Source: Mobula hypostoma (lineage: Eukaryota). From it: a DNA stretch of 64,000 nucleotides. Positions 28,321 through 43,400 of the stretch are shown piece by piece. Numbering within the stretch: position 1 is the first letter of the stretch; the number at the start of each line of letters is the position of its first letter. Below the pieces are notes generated by a model. That model was not told the DNA's origin and searched no databases. It worked only from the letters and a program-made list of their open reading frames with translations. Both the position numbers and the translations under genes were made by a program. The stretch is taken from positions 28,956,001 through 29,020,000 of the forward strand of contig NC_086097.1 of assembly GCF_963921235.1 (NCBI RefSeq), in the 5' to 3' direction.

Positions 28321-29550
28321 TATGTTTAAGTACGTGATTACATATGTCATCACACCAACACGTTATGTGTATCCCTAGCTTAAAGTAAACACAAAGTTAA
28401 TGTTTTGAAGTTGCATAACTGCACAGTTAGTTACGGAAAAAGTACAGGCAGGTAAACAATAAGGTGCAAGGCCATGCCAAGGTAGCTGTGGAGTCAAACG
28501 TTCATCGTATTGTACTAGGGAACCATTCAATAGTCTTAAATCCACAAGTGTTTCAACAGATGCTGGAAATCTGTGTAACAGTGGGATAGGCAGTCAGTCC
28601 TGATGAAGGGTCTCAGCCCGGAACTTCAACTGGTTATTCCTTTCCATAGACGCTGCTTAATTTGCTGAGCCCCTCTGGCATTTTGTATGTGTAACAGCAG
28701 GGGAGAAGCTGCCCTCGAGCCTGGTGGTAAGTACTTTCAGGCTTTTGTAGCTTCTGCCTGATGGGAGGGGGAAGAGAAAACGTCCAGGGTGGGTGGGGTA
28801 TTTGATTCTACTGGCTGCTTCACTGAGGCAGAGAGAAGTGTGGACAGAGTCCATGGAGGGGAGGCTGGGTTCCGTGGTGTGTTGAGCTGTGTCCACAGTT
28901 TTCTATGGTTTCCTTGAGGAAAGATTAAGCAGACGTGCCCCCATATTCTGGAGACTGGAAGAAGTGGCGATCTCCCCGAAACAAACAAAATTCTTACGGA
29001 GTAATGCGGAGTTAATATTGCTTTGGGCAGGGTCACGAACTAAGGGCCATAGAACTTAAAATAAGTGTTGGCTGTTCGGGACAGAGATGGGGAGACATAG
29101 CTTCACTCAGAGGTGACAAATAGGCAGAGTAGCGTAGTGATTAGAGCAACGCTTTACGGTGCCAGCGATCACTGACTGAAGTTCAATTCCCGCTGCTGCC
29201 CGTAAGGAGTTTGTACCTTCTCCCATGTCCACATGGATTTCCTCTGGGTGTCATAAAGTCATCGTGTCATGGAGCACTACAGCACTGAATCTGGCTGTTA
29301 GGCCCATCTAGACCATACTGAACTGATATTCTGCCTAGCCCCGCTGACTCATTCCAGGACAGTAACCCATAAAGTCATAACGGGTTCTCCGGCTTCCTCT
29401 CACATTCCAAAAATGCACAGCTTAGGGTCAGTGAGTTGTGGGCATCCTATGTTGGTGCCGGAAGCAGAGTGACACTTGCAGGCTGCCCTCAGCAAATCTT
29501 GGACTGTGTTGGTTGTTGATCATACAACACATCTCAATATCTGTTATGGT

Positions 29551-30175
29551 GGGAGGAGAGAGAAGCAGTGCGCCGCGCGTGCGCAGCCCTCCGGTGAAAA
29601 ATGATATCATATCTGTTAAATAGGGGCTGTGGACAATTCTGATTTGATGGAGATGGATGTGAAAGCACAGAGGAACGTCTGGAAAAATTTCTAAAACGCT
29701 CATTTGCTGCTGTCGTTACTGCGCGGTCGGAAATCTTTCAGAGGGAAGGCCTCAAAATCCCCGGCTTTGCCTGCTGTTGGCGACCGAGAAGGAGGTCGAA
29801 TCGTTTGGATAGAGATGGCGCTCGGTACTCGGTGTCGGAGAGCTGATCAGAGCTCGAAGTTTTCGGATGACTCAGAGTCGGACCGTGGTTGGGTATGGTG
29901 GGAGAGTTTTTCTTCCTTCTCCCGTCTGCGTGAGATGTGGGACATTTGAGAGACTTTGAACTTTTACTGTGCTCATGGACTTCTTCACCAAGTTATGGTA
30001 TCATTGCACTGTTGTAACTATATGTTATAATTATGTGGTTTTGTTAGTTTTTTCAGTCTTGGTCTGTCCTGTGTTTTGTGATATCACACTGGAGGAAATA
30101 TTGTATCATTTCTTAATGCATGCATTACTAAATGACAATAAAAGAGGACTGCGTGTCTTCATAATCTAATCTAAT
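29551..30175 (+). mobile_element. Second copy of the (TAATC)n-tailed retroposon family
   Basis: Shared 5' GGGAGGAGA..., shared 3' ...AAATGACAATAAA...GTCTTCATAATCTAATCTAA. Confidence 0.75.
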
Positions 30176-33100
30176 GTGACAAATAAAGCTAATTTTTAAT
30201 ATCATTGGAAGTCTATCTTCAACAGAAGTTTAACACCATTCAGCAAACATTCTACCTATTATCCTAAATACTTGTTCCCTCCAGCACGTGGACACAGTGG
30301 CGGCTGTGAGTACCTTTGATAAAATGTGCACACCCAATACTCTGGCAGCACCTCTCAAATCCATGATGTCTACCAACAAGAACGATGCGGGCACAGGGAA
30401 ACAGAACGTAGAATATAGAGCATAGAACAGGATGACACAGTACAGGCACTTCCCCTGGCAGCTCGTTCCATCGACTGACCAGCCTCTACATGAAGAAGTT
30501 GCCCCATTGTGTCCCTTTTAAATCTTTCCCCTCTCACTTCAAGCCTATGTCCTCTCATTTTTTGATTCCATTTCTCTGGGTGAGAGGCTGTGTGCAGTCA
30601 CCCTATCTATACCCCGCTTGGGACACAACAACGGGCCGTGTGTATTCTGGTTTGGATAGCACGGTAGCGTAGCAGTTGGCGTAAAGACGTTACATCGCCA
30701 GCGACCTGGGTTCAATTCTGCCACTGTCTGTAAGGAGTTTGTCGGTTCATCCGTGATTCTGTGGGTGGGTTTCCTCCTAGTTGTGGCTTTATAAGGCTTT
30801 GGTCAGACTACATTTGGAGTTTTGCGAACAGTTTTGGGTCCCATATCCAAGAGTGGATATGTTGACATTGGAGAGGGTTCAAAGGAGGTTCATGAGAATA
30901 ATACTGGGAAAGAAAAGTTTAACATATCAGTAGACTTTGATGCCTCTGGGATTATACTTACTGGAGTTTAGAAGAAAGAGGGGGATCTCATTGAAACCAA
31001 CTGAATATTGAAATGCTTAGATAGAGAGGATGTTGAGAGGATGTTTCCAGTAGTGAGAAGGTCTAGGACCAGAGAGCACAGTATCAGAATTGAAAGACGC
31101 CCCTTTAGAACAGAGGTGTGGAATTCATTGCCACAGACGGTTGTGCAGACCAAGTTATTGGGTATATTTAAGGCACGTGTTGATAGCTTTTTAATGAGTA
31201 AGAGTGTCAAAGGTTATGGGGAAAAGGCAGGACAACAAGGTTGAGAGGGATAATAAATCAGCCCTGATGGAAGGTGGAGCTCAATGCTCCTATTTCTGAT
31301 GGTCTTATGATGCTCCGGTTCCCTCCCACATTGTAAAAAAACATACAGGTTAGTGGGTTAATTGGTCACATGGGTGTAATTGGATTGCTTGTGTTTGATG
31401 GGCTGGAAGTGCCCATTACCATCTTGAATCTGTAAATAAAATAAACTCAGGAGATTAATTTCTTGTCCAGGAGATGCTAGGACAATCTGGGTAACTGGAA
31501 ACATCATCCATTGCTATGCACTTACCCTATTAACTATGTCTAGTTTTGAACTTGTGTTAATTCCTTCTCGCACTGCTTGATCATTTTTTCCCCTTGCTGG
31601 GTGACAAACTAACTCTTGAAAAATTCCTTATGTATCTTTTAGCAACATCACAGGCCCTGATGTCACAGTAAGGCCAGTGATGGTTTCAGTAGACCCTGGT
31701 GTTACCCTGGAAACACATGGGACAAATGATCACCCCTGACTGCTCAACGGCATAGTATTTCAAGGATTGACAGCTGGATAGGTACCTCGATTGGTTACAA
31801 GTGGGAACGTCATGAACTGATGTGGCCTCCCCACCATCGAGCATATCTACACAGAGCACTGTCACAGAAAAGAAACCCACCACCGGGGCCATGCTCTCTT
31901 CTCACTGCTGCCGTTGGGAAGGAGCCTTAGGTCCCACACCACCAGTTTTAGGAACAGTTATTAACTTACAACCATCAGGCTCCTGAACCAGTGTGGATAA
32001 CTTCACTCACCTCAACTCTGAACTGATTCCACAACCAATGGACTCACTTTCAAGGACTTTACAACTCGCGCTTAATGTTATTTCTTTATTTGTTTCTTTG
32101 CTTGTTTATCCATTTTCCTATTTATTTATTTGTTGTTGTATTTGCAGTTCCTCTTCTTTTGCGCATTAGTTTGTCAATCTTTGTTTGTGTGTAGATTTTC
32201 ATTGATTCTATTGTATCTCTTTGTTCTATTGTGAATGCCTGCAAGAAAATCAATCTCATGCTAGTATATGGTGACATATACGTAGTTAATAAATTTACTT
32301 TGAACTATGAACTTGAAAATAAATCAGAAGAGGGAGACACGAGAGATCTGGAGCAACACACTGTTATAGAGAAAAGAACCATGAGGTCTAATAACTAGTA
32401 AACAGAGATGTGAATTCTGCTAATGCCATAACAGGGAACTGCGGACAAAAATAGAGACATGGAATGCAGCAGCGATGACACCTAAGTTTCAGGTTTCAAG
32501 TTTCATAATTCACTAATTATGTTATAGCGTGCACCCATTGTTGTAATAGAAAACTGGATTTACTGTTAAGCCTGTAGACGATCATTTTATCCTGTAATCA
32601 GGACCTAATCTGCTACATAATTAAGTCTTCCTGCAGCTACCATTCTGTTATCAAAATGTAATTTTACTGGGAACCTTGTCAACTGAGAATATAAAAGCTC
32701 TACCAAGTTCAAGTTCATGCTCAGGTCAACCACTTCCAGTCAAGATGGCGCCAGTGTACAATGTCGATATCTTCCAGATAGTCCACAAAATTGGTTATTT
32801 CACTTTTGTATCTGCTGTTTATCTTAAGTGTATTTCTCCAACTGTTTGAGCCTGCAATTCACAGTTTTGAAGGTCGATTGAGTGATCTAGAGCTTCGCTG
32901 TCTCCGAGAAGACTCCAGGAAGCGTGTGTGAGCGCGAACAGCTTCTAGGAAGCTTAGAGATGGGGTGCGAGCCCGTTAGAGTCCATTTCACTGATTAAAG
33001 CATTGAGGAAGATTGAAACATTGAGGTGAATGCGGAAGGCAAGCGAGGATTCAGAGCTGACTATTCAGTGATTTATAGATTAGAGTGTGGACCGTGGACT

Positions 33101-33972
33101 CTTTCATTCCTATGGTTTTTATATTCTGTGTTTTCTCCCATTTTTTCTTGTTGCTGCTAGGAGATTCTCAGAGTATTTTTGTGCAGGGGTTGGTTTGGGG
33201 GCTGATGTTCTTGTGGCTGTGTGGTGCGTTTTGTTCGTTTTTTTCGGCGGGGAGGGGCTTTGATGTTGATGGACGTGTTGCTTTCTTTTTTGTGCAGGGG
33301 AGGGGGGTATAATGTTTTTCTCGAACGACTCCATGGTTTTTATTGTTTCATGGCTATCTGGAGAAGGTGAATCTCAGAGTTGTATACTGCATACATACTT
33401 TGATAATAAATGGACCTTTGACTGGTATCCTGATGTCATCTGTTATTTTGAACACCAGCCCCCTGTGATCTTTCAGTTTGCTCAGCAGGTCAGGCAGCAT
33501 CTATGGACATAAGACACAGAGTACCTCAGGCGAGTCTAAGCACTTCAGCCTATGAGGTTGTGCCAACCTATTAACCTGGTATGGTAGATACAATACATTA
33601 TAGATGCCGTCTATTCCTCCTTGGACAGAGATGAGGAGAAAGTGCTTTTCCCAGCGAGCAGTGAATCTGTGGAATTTCCTGCCCAGGGAAGCTTTACAGG
33701 CTACCTCATTGAATGTTCTTAAGACACAGTTAGATAGATCTTTTCATAACGGAGGAATTATTCACATTTGAAGCATTATGTGCAACTTTGGGCCCCTTAC
33801 CCAAGAAAGGATGTGCTGGCATTGGAAAAGATCCAGAGGAGGTTTTCAAGAATAATCCTGAAATGACAGGGTTAACATATAAGAAGGATTTGATGACTCT
33901 GGGCCTGCACACACTGGAGGTTAGAGGAATGAGGGGGGAATCTCATTGAAACTTATTGAATATTGAAAAGCC

Positions 33973-34914
33973 AAGGGAACTTCAACTTTCCCTACCTATA
34001 GAGAAACGGGATAAAATTTTTCAATTAGTCAGAACTTCCTCTATATGTGCTAAACATACATTAATACAATTTAAAGTAGTGCATAGAGCCCATATGTCTA
34101 AAGATAAATTAGCCTGTTTTTATTCCCATATGAACCCTATTTGTGATAGATGTCACTCTGAGGTGGCTTCTTTAACTCATATGTTTTGATCCTGTCCTCT
34201 TTTGGAAAAATATTGGAAAGGTATTTTTGATATTATCTCAACAGTTCTGTGTTTTGATTTACAACCCCATCCTATTATGGCAATTTTTGGATTGCTAATG
34301 GTAGAATATAGATCTTTGTCTTCTTCAGCCTGTTGGATGATTGCATTTGTTCCTTTAATAGCCAGAAGATCTAATTTATTGAACTGGAAGGAGACCAATC
34401 CTCCTACTACATTGCAATGGTTTTTCCAAACTATATTATGTTTAAATTTAGAAAAAATTAGAAGTGATATTTTTGTTCCTTCAGTTAAATTTGAAGAGAC
34501 TTGGAAACCATTTATTCAACATTTTCATATGATGTAATTTGACCTTTCCAAATCCTTCTTATTAACTTAAAATATATGAATAGAGGAGCAGAGTTGACGA
34601 CATTACTGAACCTGTTGGATTTAAGATATTGGTCTAGCCTTGTTTTGTTCCGTTTGCTTTTTTGGGTTTAGTATTTAGTTCTTTTTTCTGTTTTTTTGGT
34701 GGGGGGGGTTTCTTTGTATTTTTTAAATTTTCTTTTCTCTATGATTAATTACATCATGAGTTTGGAAGTCTATTATACCTGTGTTATCTGAAATCTTTTC
34801 TGTATATGTTTATTAACAATAAGATTATTCCAATCTCTTCGTATCAACGTTGTTATCTTGTTTATAATCTTGGAAAAATTAATAAAAAGATTTAAAAAGA
34901 AAGAAAGAAAGAAA
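33973..34914 (+). mobile_element. 5'-truncated L1-clade LINE inserted in a CR1
   Basis: ORF2 C-terminal CCHC region LIQFKVVHRAH...CDRC...LTHMF*SCP. T-rich 3' UTR, AATAAA and (AAAG)n tail. TSD GAAAAGCC (33965-33972, 34915-34922). Confidence 0.88.
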
Positions 34915-37900
34915 GAAAAGCCTAGATAGAGTGGAGGTGCTTCCTATAGTGGGGGAGTCTCGGACCAGAGAATACAGCCTCAAAAGAGAAGAATATCCTT
35001 TTAGAACAGAGATGAGGTGGAATTTCTTTAGCCAGAGGGTGGCGAATCTGTGGAATTCTTTGCCACAAACAGCTGTGGAGGCCAAGTCATCAGGGTAAAT
35101 TTATAGTGGAAATTTATAGATTCTTGATTATTAAGGGGTCAAATGTTACAAGGAGAATGCAGGAGTTGAGAGGGACAACAAATCAGCCATGATGGAATGG
35201 TGGAGCAGACTCAATGGGCCGATGGGCCTGATTCTGCTCCTACGTCATGGTCTTAAGGGTTATGGGGAAAAGACAGGTAGGTGGAGATCAGTCCTTGGCA
35301 GATCAGCCATATTTTTATTTAGTGGCACAGCTGGCTCTATAGGCCAGATGGCCGACTCCTGTTCCTAGTTTTTACGTTCTTATATTCTAAAAACAAAGAA
35401 GTATGTGTTTGAGGTGAGAGGAAGGAGTATTGAACAGTACAGGCCATCCAGCCCACAATGTTGTGATTCTGAAGGGGATGTTCTTTTCTGAAAGGGTGGT
35501 TGACATCTGGAATGTGCTGCCAGAGATGGTGGTGGAATCAGACACAGTTACTACGTTTGAGAGGCATTTATACAGGTACTTGAATAGGGAAAGCATGGAA
35601 AGTAATGGATAGGAAAGGGTGAGAGGGATATGGGCCAGATGCAGTTAGCATAACACTATTAGTGTCCGAGACTTGGGAACAATTCCCGCCACTGCTTGTT
35701 AGGAGTTTGTACATTCTCCCATGACTCTGGGAGTTTTTTCTGGGTGCCCTGGTTTCCTGCCATGTTCCTAATGCTACGGGGAGAGTACCTGGGGAGACTA
35801 CCAGTTAGTAGGTTAATTGGTCATATGGGTGTAATTGGGCAATGCAGGCTCATTGGGCTAGAAGGGTCTATTACTGTAATGTATCTCTATATAAAAATAA
35901 AAATTTCAATAAATGGGACAAGCTTATATAGGTAACACACAGAAAATGCTGGAGGAACTCAGCAGGTCAGGCAGTGTGTATGGAGAGGAATAAAGAGCTG
36001 ATGTTTCAGACTGAGGCCCCTTACAGAAAGTCTTCATGGGTGTCATCATTGGCAAGGACCACTTGGCTCAAAGAGCCTGTTTCCGTGCTTAAAGCCTTTC
36101 GGACTCTATGATACAGCCCTAATCAGACAAATGGGATTAGATTAGAGATGGGCAAGAAAGGTGGGTGATGGGCTGAAGGGCCTGTTTCTCTAATTATAGA
36201 AAATGCTGGGAAGTACTCAGCAGGCCTGTGCAAAGAGAACCAAAAATAACATTGCAGTTAAAATCTGCTACATGGTATGTGTCAAAGTTGTTATATTTAT
36301 AATATTAACCTGATGGCTTTTTGCTAGAGTCTGTTCAATGCCAAGTTAGCCAAACACACAATGGACATGTGATCACTTTTGAAGGTCGAGAGATTTATGA
36401 GTCACTTGATTTTGGCTTCCCAGAGGAAATACTGGAAAACAAAAGTGTGGTCACATTACCGGTATTGTCCAATCTCATGTCTAACGATGGCATACTAGTT
36501 AGAACTGTCATGTGATAGATATTGGATGACTAGGAGTAAAGTTGCCATTATGGGAATTGTACTGCTTCATAAACCAGTTCAAAATTACAGGTATCAATAT
36601 TTTAATAAACACTCAGTGGCCACTTTATTAGATACCTCCTGCACCTAATGAAGTGGCCACTGTGTGTATGCTAATGGTTTTCTGCTGCTGTAGTCCAACC
36701 CCTTCGAGGTTCTTAGTGTTCTTCAAAGAAAGTTCAAAGTTCAAAAGTAAATTTATTATCTAAGTACATATATGTCACCATAATACAACCCTGAGGTTCA
36801 TTTTATTGTGGACCTACTCAATAAATCGATAATAGATTAATGACCATAATAGAATCGGTGAAAGATCTCACCAACTTGGGAGTTTAACCAGAGTGAAGAA
36901 GACAAGAAACTGTTGAAGTACAAAAAGAAAGAATTAATAATAATAAATAAATAAGCAATAAGCATTGAGAACATGAGATGAAGAGTCCTTGAATGTGAGT
37001 TCGTTGGTTGTGTGAAAATTTCAACGATGGGGCAAGTGAACTTGAGTGAAGTTATCCCCTTTGGTTCAAGAGCCAGATGGTTGATGGTAGATGTTTTCTG
37101 AACCTGGTGGTATGAGTCCAGAGATTCTTGTGCCTTCTTCCTGATGGCAGCAGCGAGAAGAGAGCACGTCCTGGGTGGTGGGTGTCCCTTATGATGGATG
37201 CTGCTGTCCTGTAACAATGTTTCATGTAGATGTGCTCAATGGTGGGGTGAGCTTTACCCACCATGGACTGAGCTATATCCATTGCTTTTTGTAGGATTTT
37301 CCATTCGTGGACATTGGTGTTTCCTTACCAGGCTGTGATGCAGCCAGTCAATATACTCTCCACTATACATCTAGAGAAGTTTGTCAGAGTTTTAGATGTC
37401 ATGCCAAATCTTCACAAACTCCTAAGAAAGTAGAGATGCAGCTATGTTTTCCTCGTAATTGCACTTACATGCTGGGCCTAGGACTAGTCCGTGTAAATTT
37501 TCTTGTTCAGAGATGTTGGGCACACCACTGTTGTAACAGGTGGTTATTTGAGTTACTGTCACCTTCCTGTCAGTTTGAACCCATCTGAACATTCTCCTCT
37601 GACCTCTCTCATTAACAAGGCATTTTTGCTCACAGAATTGCAGCTCATTGGATTTTTTTTTTGTTGTTTTGTTTTAAACACTACTCTCCGTAAGCTCTAG
37701 AGATTGTTGTGCATGAAAAGCCTAGGATATCAGCAGTTTCTGAGATACTCAAACCACCCGGTGACACCAACAATGGTCAGAGTAACTCAAGATTTCTTAC
37801 CCATTCTGCTGTTTGGTCTGAACAACTACTGAATCTCTTAACCATGTCTACATGCCCTACAACGCACAAGTTGTTGCCACGTGATTTGCTGATTAGATAC

Positions 37901-39354
37901 TAGCATTAACGAGCAGGTGTATATGTTCCTAATAAAGTGGGCACAGAGTACTTGGCTAATTCAGCTCTAATCAAGGTTCAAATGCTTTATTCATGAAATG
38001 TAGATTCGTGGAAGTAGGGTTTTATAGCTTTCAATAATTTAGTGTTCCACTTTATCTCCATGCTATCTCTAATAAGTGATCAGGTCAAAGTCAAGTTTAT
38101 TGCCACAAGCACAAGTACACATGCAATGAGAAACTCACTGCATCTCCTGCCACAGCATCAGATAAGCAGCACTTGCAAGAAAGAACACGTTAAACATAAA
38201 TAATACACCATTTTTACAAGAAAGAACACAGAACAAAATCAAAGTCCATTTTATTGGTATTGTTATTAGTTCACTATTGTCACATGTACCAAGGTACAGT
38301 GAAAAGCTTGTCTTGCATACTGTGCATACAGATCAAATCATTACACAGTGCATTGAGGTAGAACAAGGTATAACAATAACAGAGGTGTAAAAATTACAGA
38401 GAAGGTGAAGTGCAGGTAAACAAAAGGTGCAAGATCATAACGAGGTAGATTGTGAGGTCAAGAGTCCATCTTATTGTACAGGAGTCCATCGTATACAAGA
38501 AGTAGCGCATGTGATTAACGTGGTCATAGTGTTGTTCAACGGTAATGGTTACGGTTGTGCTGGTTGGTTCAAGAATGTATTCACTCTTCAAGAGGGTAAT
38601 TCTGTTAGCTCCAGCTTGTTCTTTTTCTCTTTTTGCAGAATTTACCCTTAATGTCCTTTGGGCTCATCTGAAAGGTGGGTCTCCAGATCCTAACCGCTGT
38701 TGGTTCTGGAGGTGATATTGTCCAGAAGGTTAACATACCATAGTACAACATAGTACAGGCTCTTCAGCCCACAATGTCGAGCTGACCTTTTAACCTACTC
38801 AATCATAAACCTAATCCTTCCCTCCCATACAGCCATTGTTCTATCATCCCTGTGCTTATCCAAAAGTTTCTTAAACGTCCTAATGTATCTGCCTCTACCA
38901 CTACCGCTGGCAGTGTGTTCTACGCACTCATCACTCTCTGCGTAAAAAACATAACTTTGACATTAGTATTAGTTATTTCCACCCTGAGAACAAGTCTCTG
39001 GTTGTCCACTATCAATGCCCAGTGCCATGAATGGAAAAGCCTGCAAACACCCCAGTCCATCACAGGAAAAGGCCTCCCCATCATTGAGCTCCTCTACAAG
39101 GAGCACTGCCTCAAGATAGCAGCTTCTATCATCAAGAATCCCCACCATCCAGGCCATGCTCTCACCTCAATAGAGCCATTGGGAAGAAGGTCTTAGGTCT
39201 ACATCACCAGGTTCAGGAACAGTTGTTACCCTTCATCCATCAGGCTCCTGACCAGCATGAGATAACTTCACTCACCTCAATACTGAACTTATTCCACAAC
39301 CTGCAGACTCACTTTCAAAGACTCAATATTACTTATAACATATTTATTATTATT

Positions 39355-40200
39355 TGACAGACAAATTAGGAGAATGGGCAAAGAAATGGCCGATGGAATG
39401 CAGTGTTGGGAAGTGCATGCACTTTGGTAGAAAAAAATGAAACAGTTGACTATTTTTTAAATGGAGAGAAAATACAAAAAACTGAGGCGCAAAGGGACTT
39501 GGGAGTTCTTGTGCAGATTTCCTTAAAGGTTAATTTGTAGATTGAGTCTATGGTGAGGAAGGCAAATGCAATGTTAGCATTCATTTCAAGAGGACTAGAA
39601 TATAAAAGCAAGGATGTAATGTTGAGAATTTATAAAACATTGGTAAGCCTCACTTGGAGTATTATGAGCAGTTTTGGGCCCCTTATCTTAGAAACGATGT
39701 GCTGAAACTGGAGAGGGCTCAAAGGAGGTTCATGAAAATTATTCCAGGATTGAACGGTTTGTCATATGAAGAGTGTTTGATGACTCTGGGCCTGTATTCA
39801 CTAGAATTCGGAAGAATGAGGGGTGACCTTATTGAAGCCCATTGAAGGTCTTGATAGAGTGGATGTGGAGAGAATGTTTCCTATGATGGGAGAGTGTAAG
39901 ACCAAAGGACACGGCTTCAGAATAGAGGGGCATCCTTTTAGAATGGAGATGTGGAGGAATTTCTTTAGCCAGAGAGTGGTGAATCTTTGAAATTATTTGC
40001 CACAGACAGCTGTGAAGGCCAATTTATGTATATTTAAGGCAGAGGTTGATAGATTCTTGATTGGTCAAGGCATGAAGGGATACGGGGAGAAGGCAGGAGA
40101 TTGGGGCTGAGAGGAAAATTGGGTCAGCCATAATGAAATGGCGAAACAGACTCGATGGGCCAAATGGCCTAATTGTGCTCCTATATCTTATGGTCTTATT
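39355..40200 (+). mobile_element. CR1 3' fragment
   Basis: EYYEQFWAPYLRNDVLKLERAQRRF; 3' UTR shared with other CR1 copies. Confidence 0.85.
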
Positions 40201-40486
40201 ATTGTTATTTGTTTTTCTTTTTGTATTTGCATAGTTTGTTGCCTGTCTTGGCTTCTGGATAATTTTTCACTGATTATATTGTGTTTCTTTGTTTCTGCTG
40301 TGAATGCCTGCAAGAAAATGAATCTTGGGGTAGTATGTGGTGACATTCACATACTTTGAGAATAAATTTACTTTGAACAATGACTCTTATCATCTTGTAT
40401 ATCTCTATTAAGTCACCTCTCATCCTCCTTCACTCTCAAACTACCCTCATGAAATATATTCTGTAATTCTGGCAACATCCAGGTAA

Positions 40487-43400
40487 TGTTAAGATGCCTT
40501 ACCCAAAAGTAGAGCAGTGGTGGTGATTTAGCTGTGAATGATATTTTACTCATAAACTGCAAAATAACAAGCCATGAGGATGCCAGAAAACAAAAGGGAG
40601 TGGATACTTAACACAACAGGGCAACAAGGTAACTGAAGGCTAGAAGCTGTTGGCTGGTTTGATGAGTGAACAAAGGACTGTGGGTGAGAACTAGATTTAA
40701 ACAGGCTGCAGGTGACGAGTTGGGAATGAGTGACAGGTGACTCCTGTTAGCTGGGTGGAAGCAGGCTGGTGCCCATCCGAGCAGCTCTGAAAGCATCCCC
40801 TTCCTACAACTGGCACCCAATGGCCTAGGGTGATCCGGTTGGGACCGGTGGGTCCATGAGCAATGGATCCAAGATGGAACTGGAAGGCACTCAAGTCCTC
40901 TCCTCTGGGCTGCACCCTTCCCAGTCGACAGGTACTGCACACACCGTTCAAGTCCACGTGAATCCATCAATCTGAGAACTGTGGACACTGGACCGCCTTC
41001 CACCATCCTTGTTTACAGAAGTGCAGGTTCTGGGTTGATTTGTTCATGGACAACGAGCTTGAGGTAGGGCACTTGAATGGTAAGTGTGATCCTGAGGGAT
41101 GGTGGTAGCTGGAGATGATAAGTGGGTTGAAGTGATGGGTAATCTTAAAGAGACCGAAGGACTGGGCAAAAGCTAGCAGGAATCAGAAATTTATAGACTT
41201 TCTAACCTGCAGTACAGTTGGTTTACTAGGAGACACTGAAGGACTGAATGGACTTCATAGATGTGATCTTGGAGAAGACGAGGAGTTCGCTGAGGTAGAT
41301 GAATACATACCCATGTAACATGTCTCGGAAGATCTCATTGATGTAGGCTTGTAAAACAGCTGAACTATTGGAAAGTCAGAAAGACATCACTAAGTATTTG
41401 CAGTGGTCAGTGGATGTTATGAATGCGGGTGCAGATGAGGTTGTACATGCTCCTTAGATCCAGTTTGGGGAAGATCTGGGCCCGTGGAGTGTTTCAAATA
41501 CTCTATCCATCAAGGGGGGAGGGTATCAGCTCTTAATGGTGATTTTGATAAGTTCACGGTAGTCAATGAAAGGACTAAGACTCCCATCTCTCTTTTTGTC
41601 AAAGAAGAATCCTGCACCTGCTGGGGACTGGGATGGTTGAATGAAGTCGTACTGTAGCACTTTGTCGATGTAGTCGTTCATGGCTTGATTCTCAGGAGGT
41701 GAGAGGGAGTCAAATGACCTCGGAGAGGGGTGGCACCCAGGAGGAGGTCAATTGCACAGCCATGTGGCCTATGAGGTGCCAAGGTGCTGGCTTTCTGTTT
41801 ACTGAAAGCAATGGCTAAATTGTGGTACTCTTGTGGGAGTTTGGTGAGGTCGCATTTCCTCCATCTCCGCGGATTTATGGGATGAACTCAACTGAGGTTG
41901 CGGGCAGGTGGGTCCCCCACTCAGCAATGAACTGGATGACCAGGAAAAGTGAGGGTCGTGAGTTGAGAGCCAGGAGTAACCCAAGATGAGAGGAGTGTTG
42001 GGTGAGTTGTTAAGGAGAAATTGGATGGACTTGCAGTGCTCTCCAATTCTCTTGTGTGCAGGCTGTGTGTGTGTGCTCTGATGATCCCAGAGACCAAGAG
42101 ACGTCGATCAATGGCCAAGACGCAGAAGGGGTGAGAGATGGGCATGGTAGGGAGTCCAAGCTGTGCACACAGTCCAGTCTAGAAAGTAGCCTGTTGAGCA
42201 GAATCCACTAGAGCCTCTCTGTGTGTAGAACCATTGGGATGTGGAGGAGGACGGAGTGAGTGCATTGGGCTATGGTGCTGCAATGACTGACTTGGGTGAA
42301 CTTACCAGGTGGAAGGCACCTCTCCTTGGTGGTGCCTTTTCCCTGGACACAGTGGGCATTTGATATGCGGGTAATCGGCGGCTCTGCAGTAAGCGTACAG
42401 CTTCTCCCCCCCCCCCCCCAACGCACACACTCTGTGGTTAAGGGAACTCTTCCTGCCCGCATGGGTTATGAAGGTGCTGATGATGAGGGTCCTGCTGCTT
42501 GAAATGGTTCTGGGAACGGAACTGGGGTTCCTCCTGTTGATCTGGAGGGTCATTCCACATGACGCTTGTCAATTCAGAGTGATGAGGTTTTCGAGATCGG
42601 TGGGCATCTCCCGGGGAGGCAGTCATTTCCAAGTATCCAAGAGGCCGTGATGGTAATGGGCCAAAAGTGTTTGCGCATTCCAGTCACACGGTGCTGCAAG
42701 GGCCCTGAATTCCATGGTGTAATCTAGCACCGAGCGTGAGCCTAGACACAGGCACAGTATCTGATCCGCTGACCCCTTACACTATCTGGATGGTCAAAAA
42801 CCCTCGCGCCCAGTGGCGAATTCCTCATATTTATTGCAACTGGTTGTCTGGTTGTGCTAGTTAGCGGTGGCCCGGGTCAGAGTTCGCCCAGGCAGGAGAG
42901 AGGTGATGAAGGAATACAGAGATAGCAGGAGCTCGAAGTGTAAGGCGCACTGGGACAGGAAAGAGCAGCATCAGAGTGTTGGGGAACTGGAGTCCAGGGA
43001 TCTGAGGGAGGAGGTTGACTGGCGCTGAGTTGTTGTATCAAGTCAGGGAGCTGGTTGAGAGAGATGGACAATGGCTTCCTGCTGCTACAGTATCGCGTGT
43101 TCCTGTCGACGGACAACTTCCTTTTGACAGGCATACCTCTGCTGGGTCCATTGTGGGTTCTCCCATCCTGTCAGGAAATGTAGAGGAGGCTTGCAGTGCA
43201 GCGGAGACGATTCAGCAATAATTGATATTTTATATTTTAAAACAAGCCACAAGAAGCCATAAAACAAGAAAGAACAGATATGAGGGGTGATTAATAAGTT
43301 CGTGGCCTAAGGTAGAAGGAGTCAATTTTAGAAAACCTAGCACATTTATTTTTCCTACATTTACACACTTAGTCCAGCGGTCGTGGAGCATATGGATCCC

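Noticed and set aside
36321..36515. 64-aa plus-strand ORF as a host exon
   Set aside because: No recognisable homology and no supported plus-strand partner exons; the minus-strand splice signals are better.
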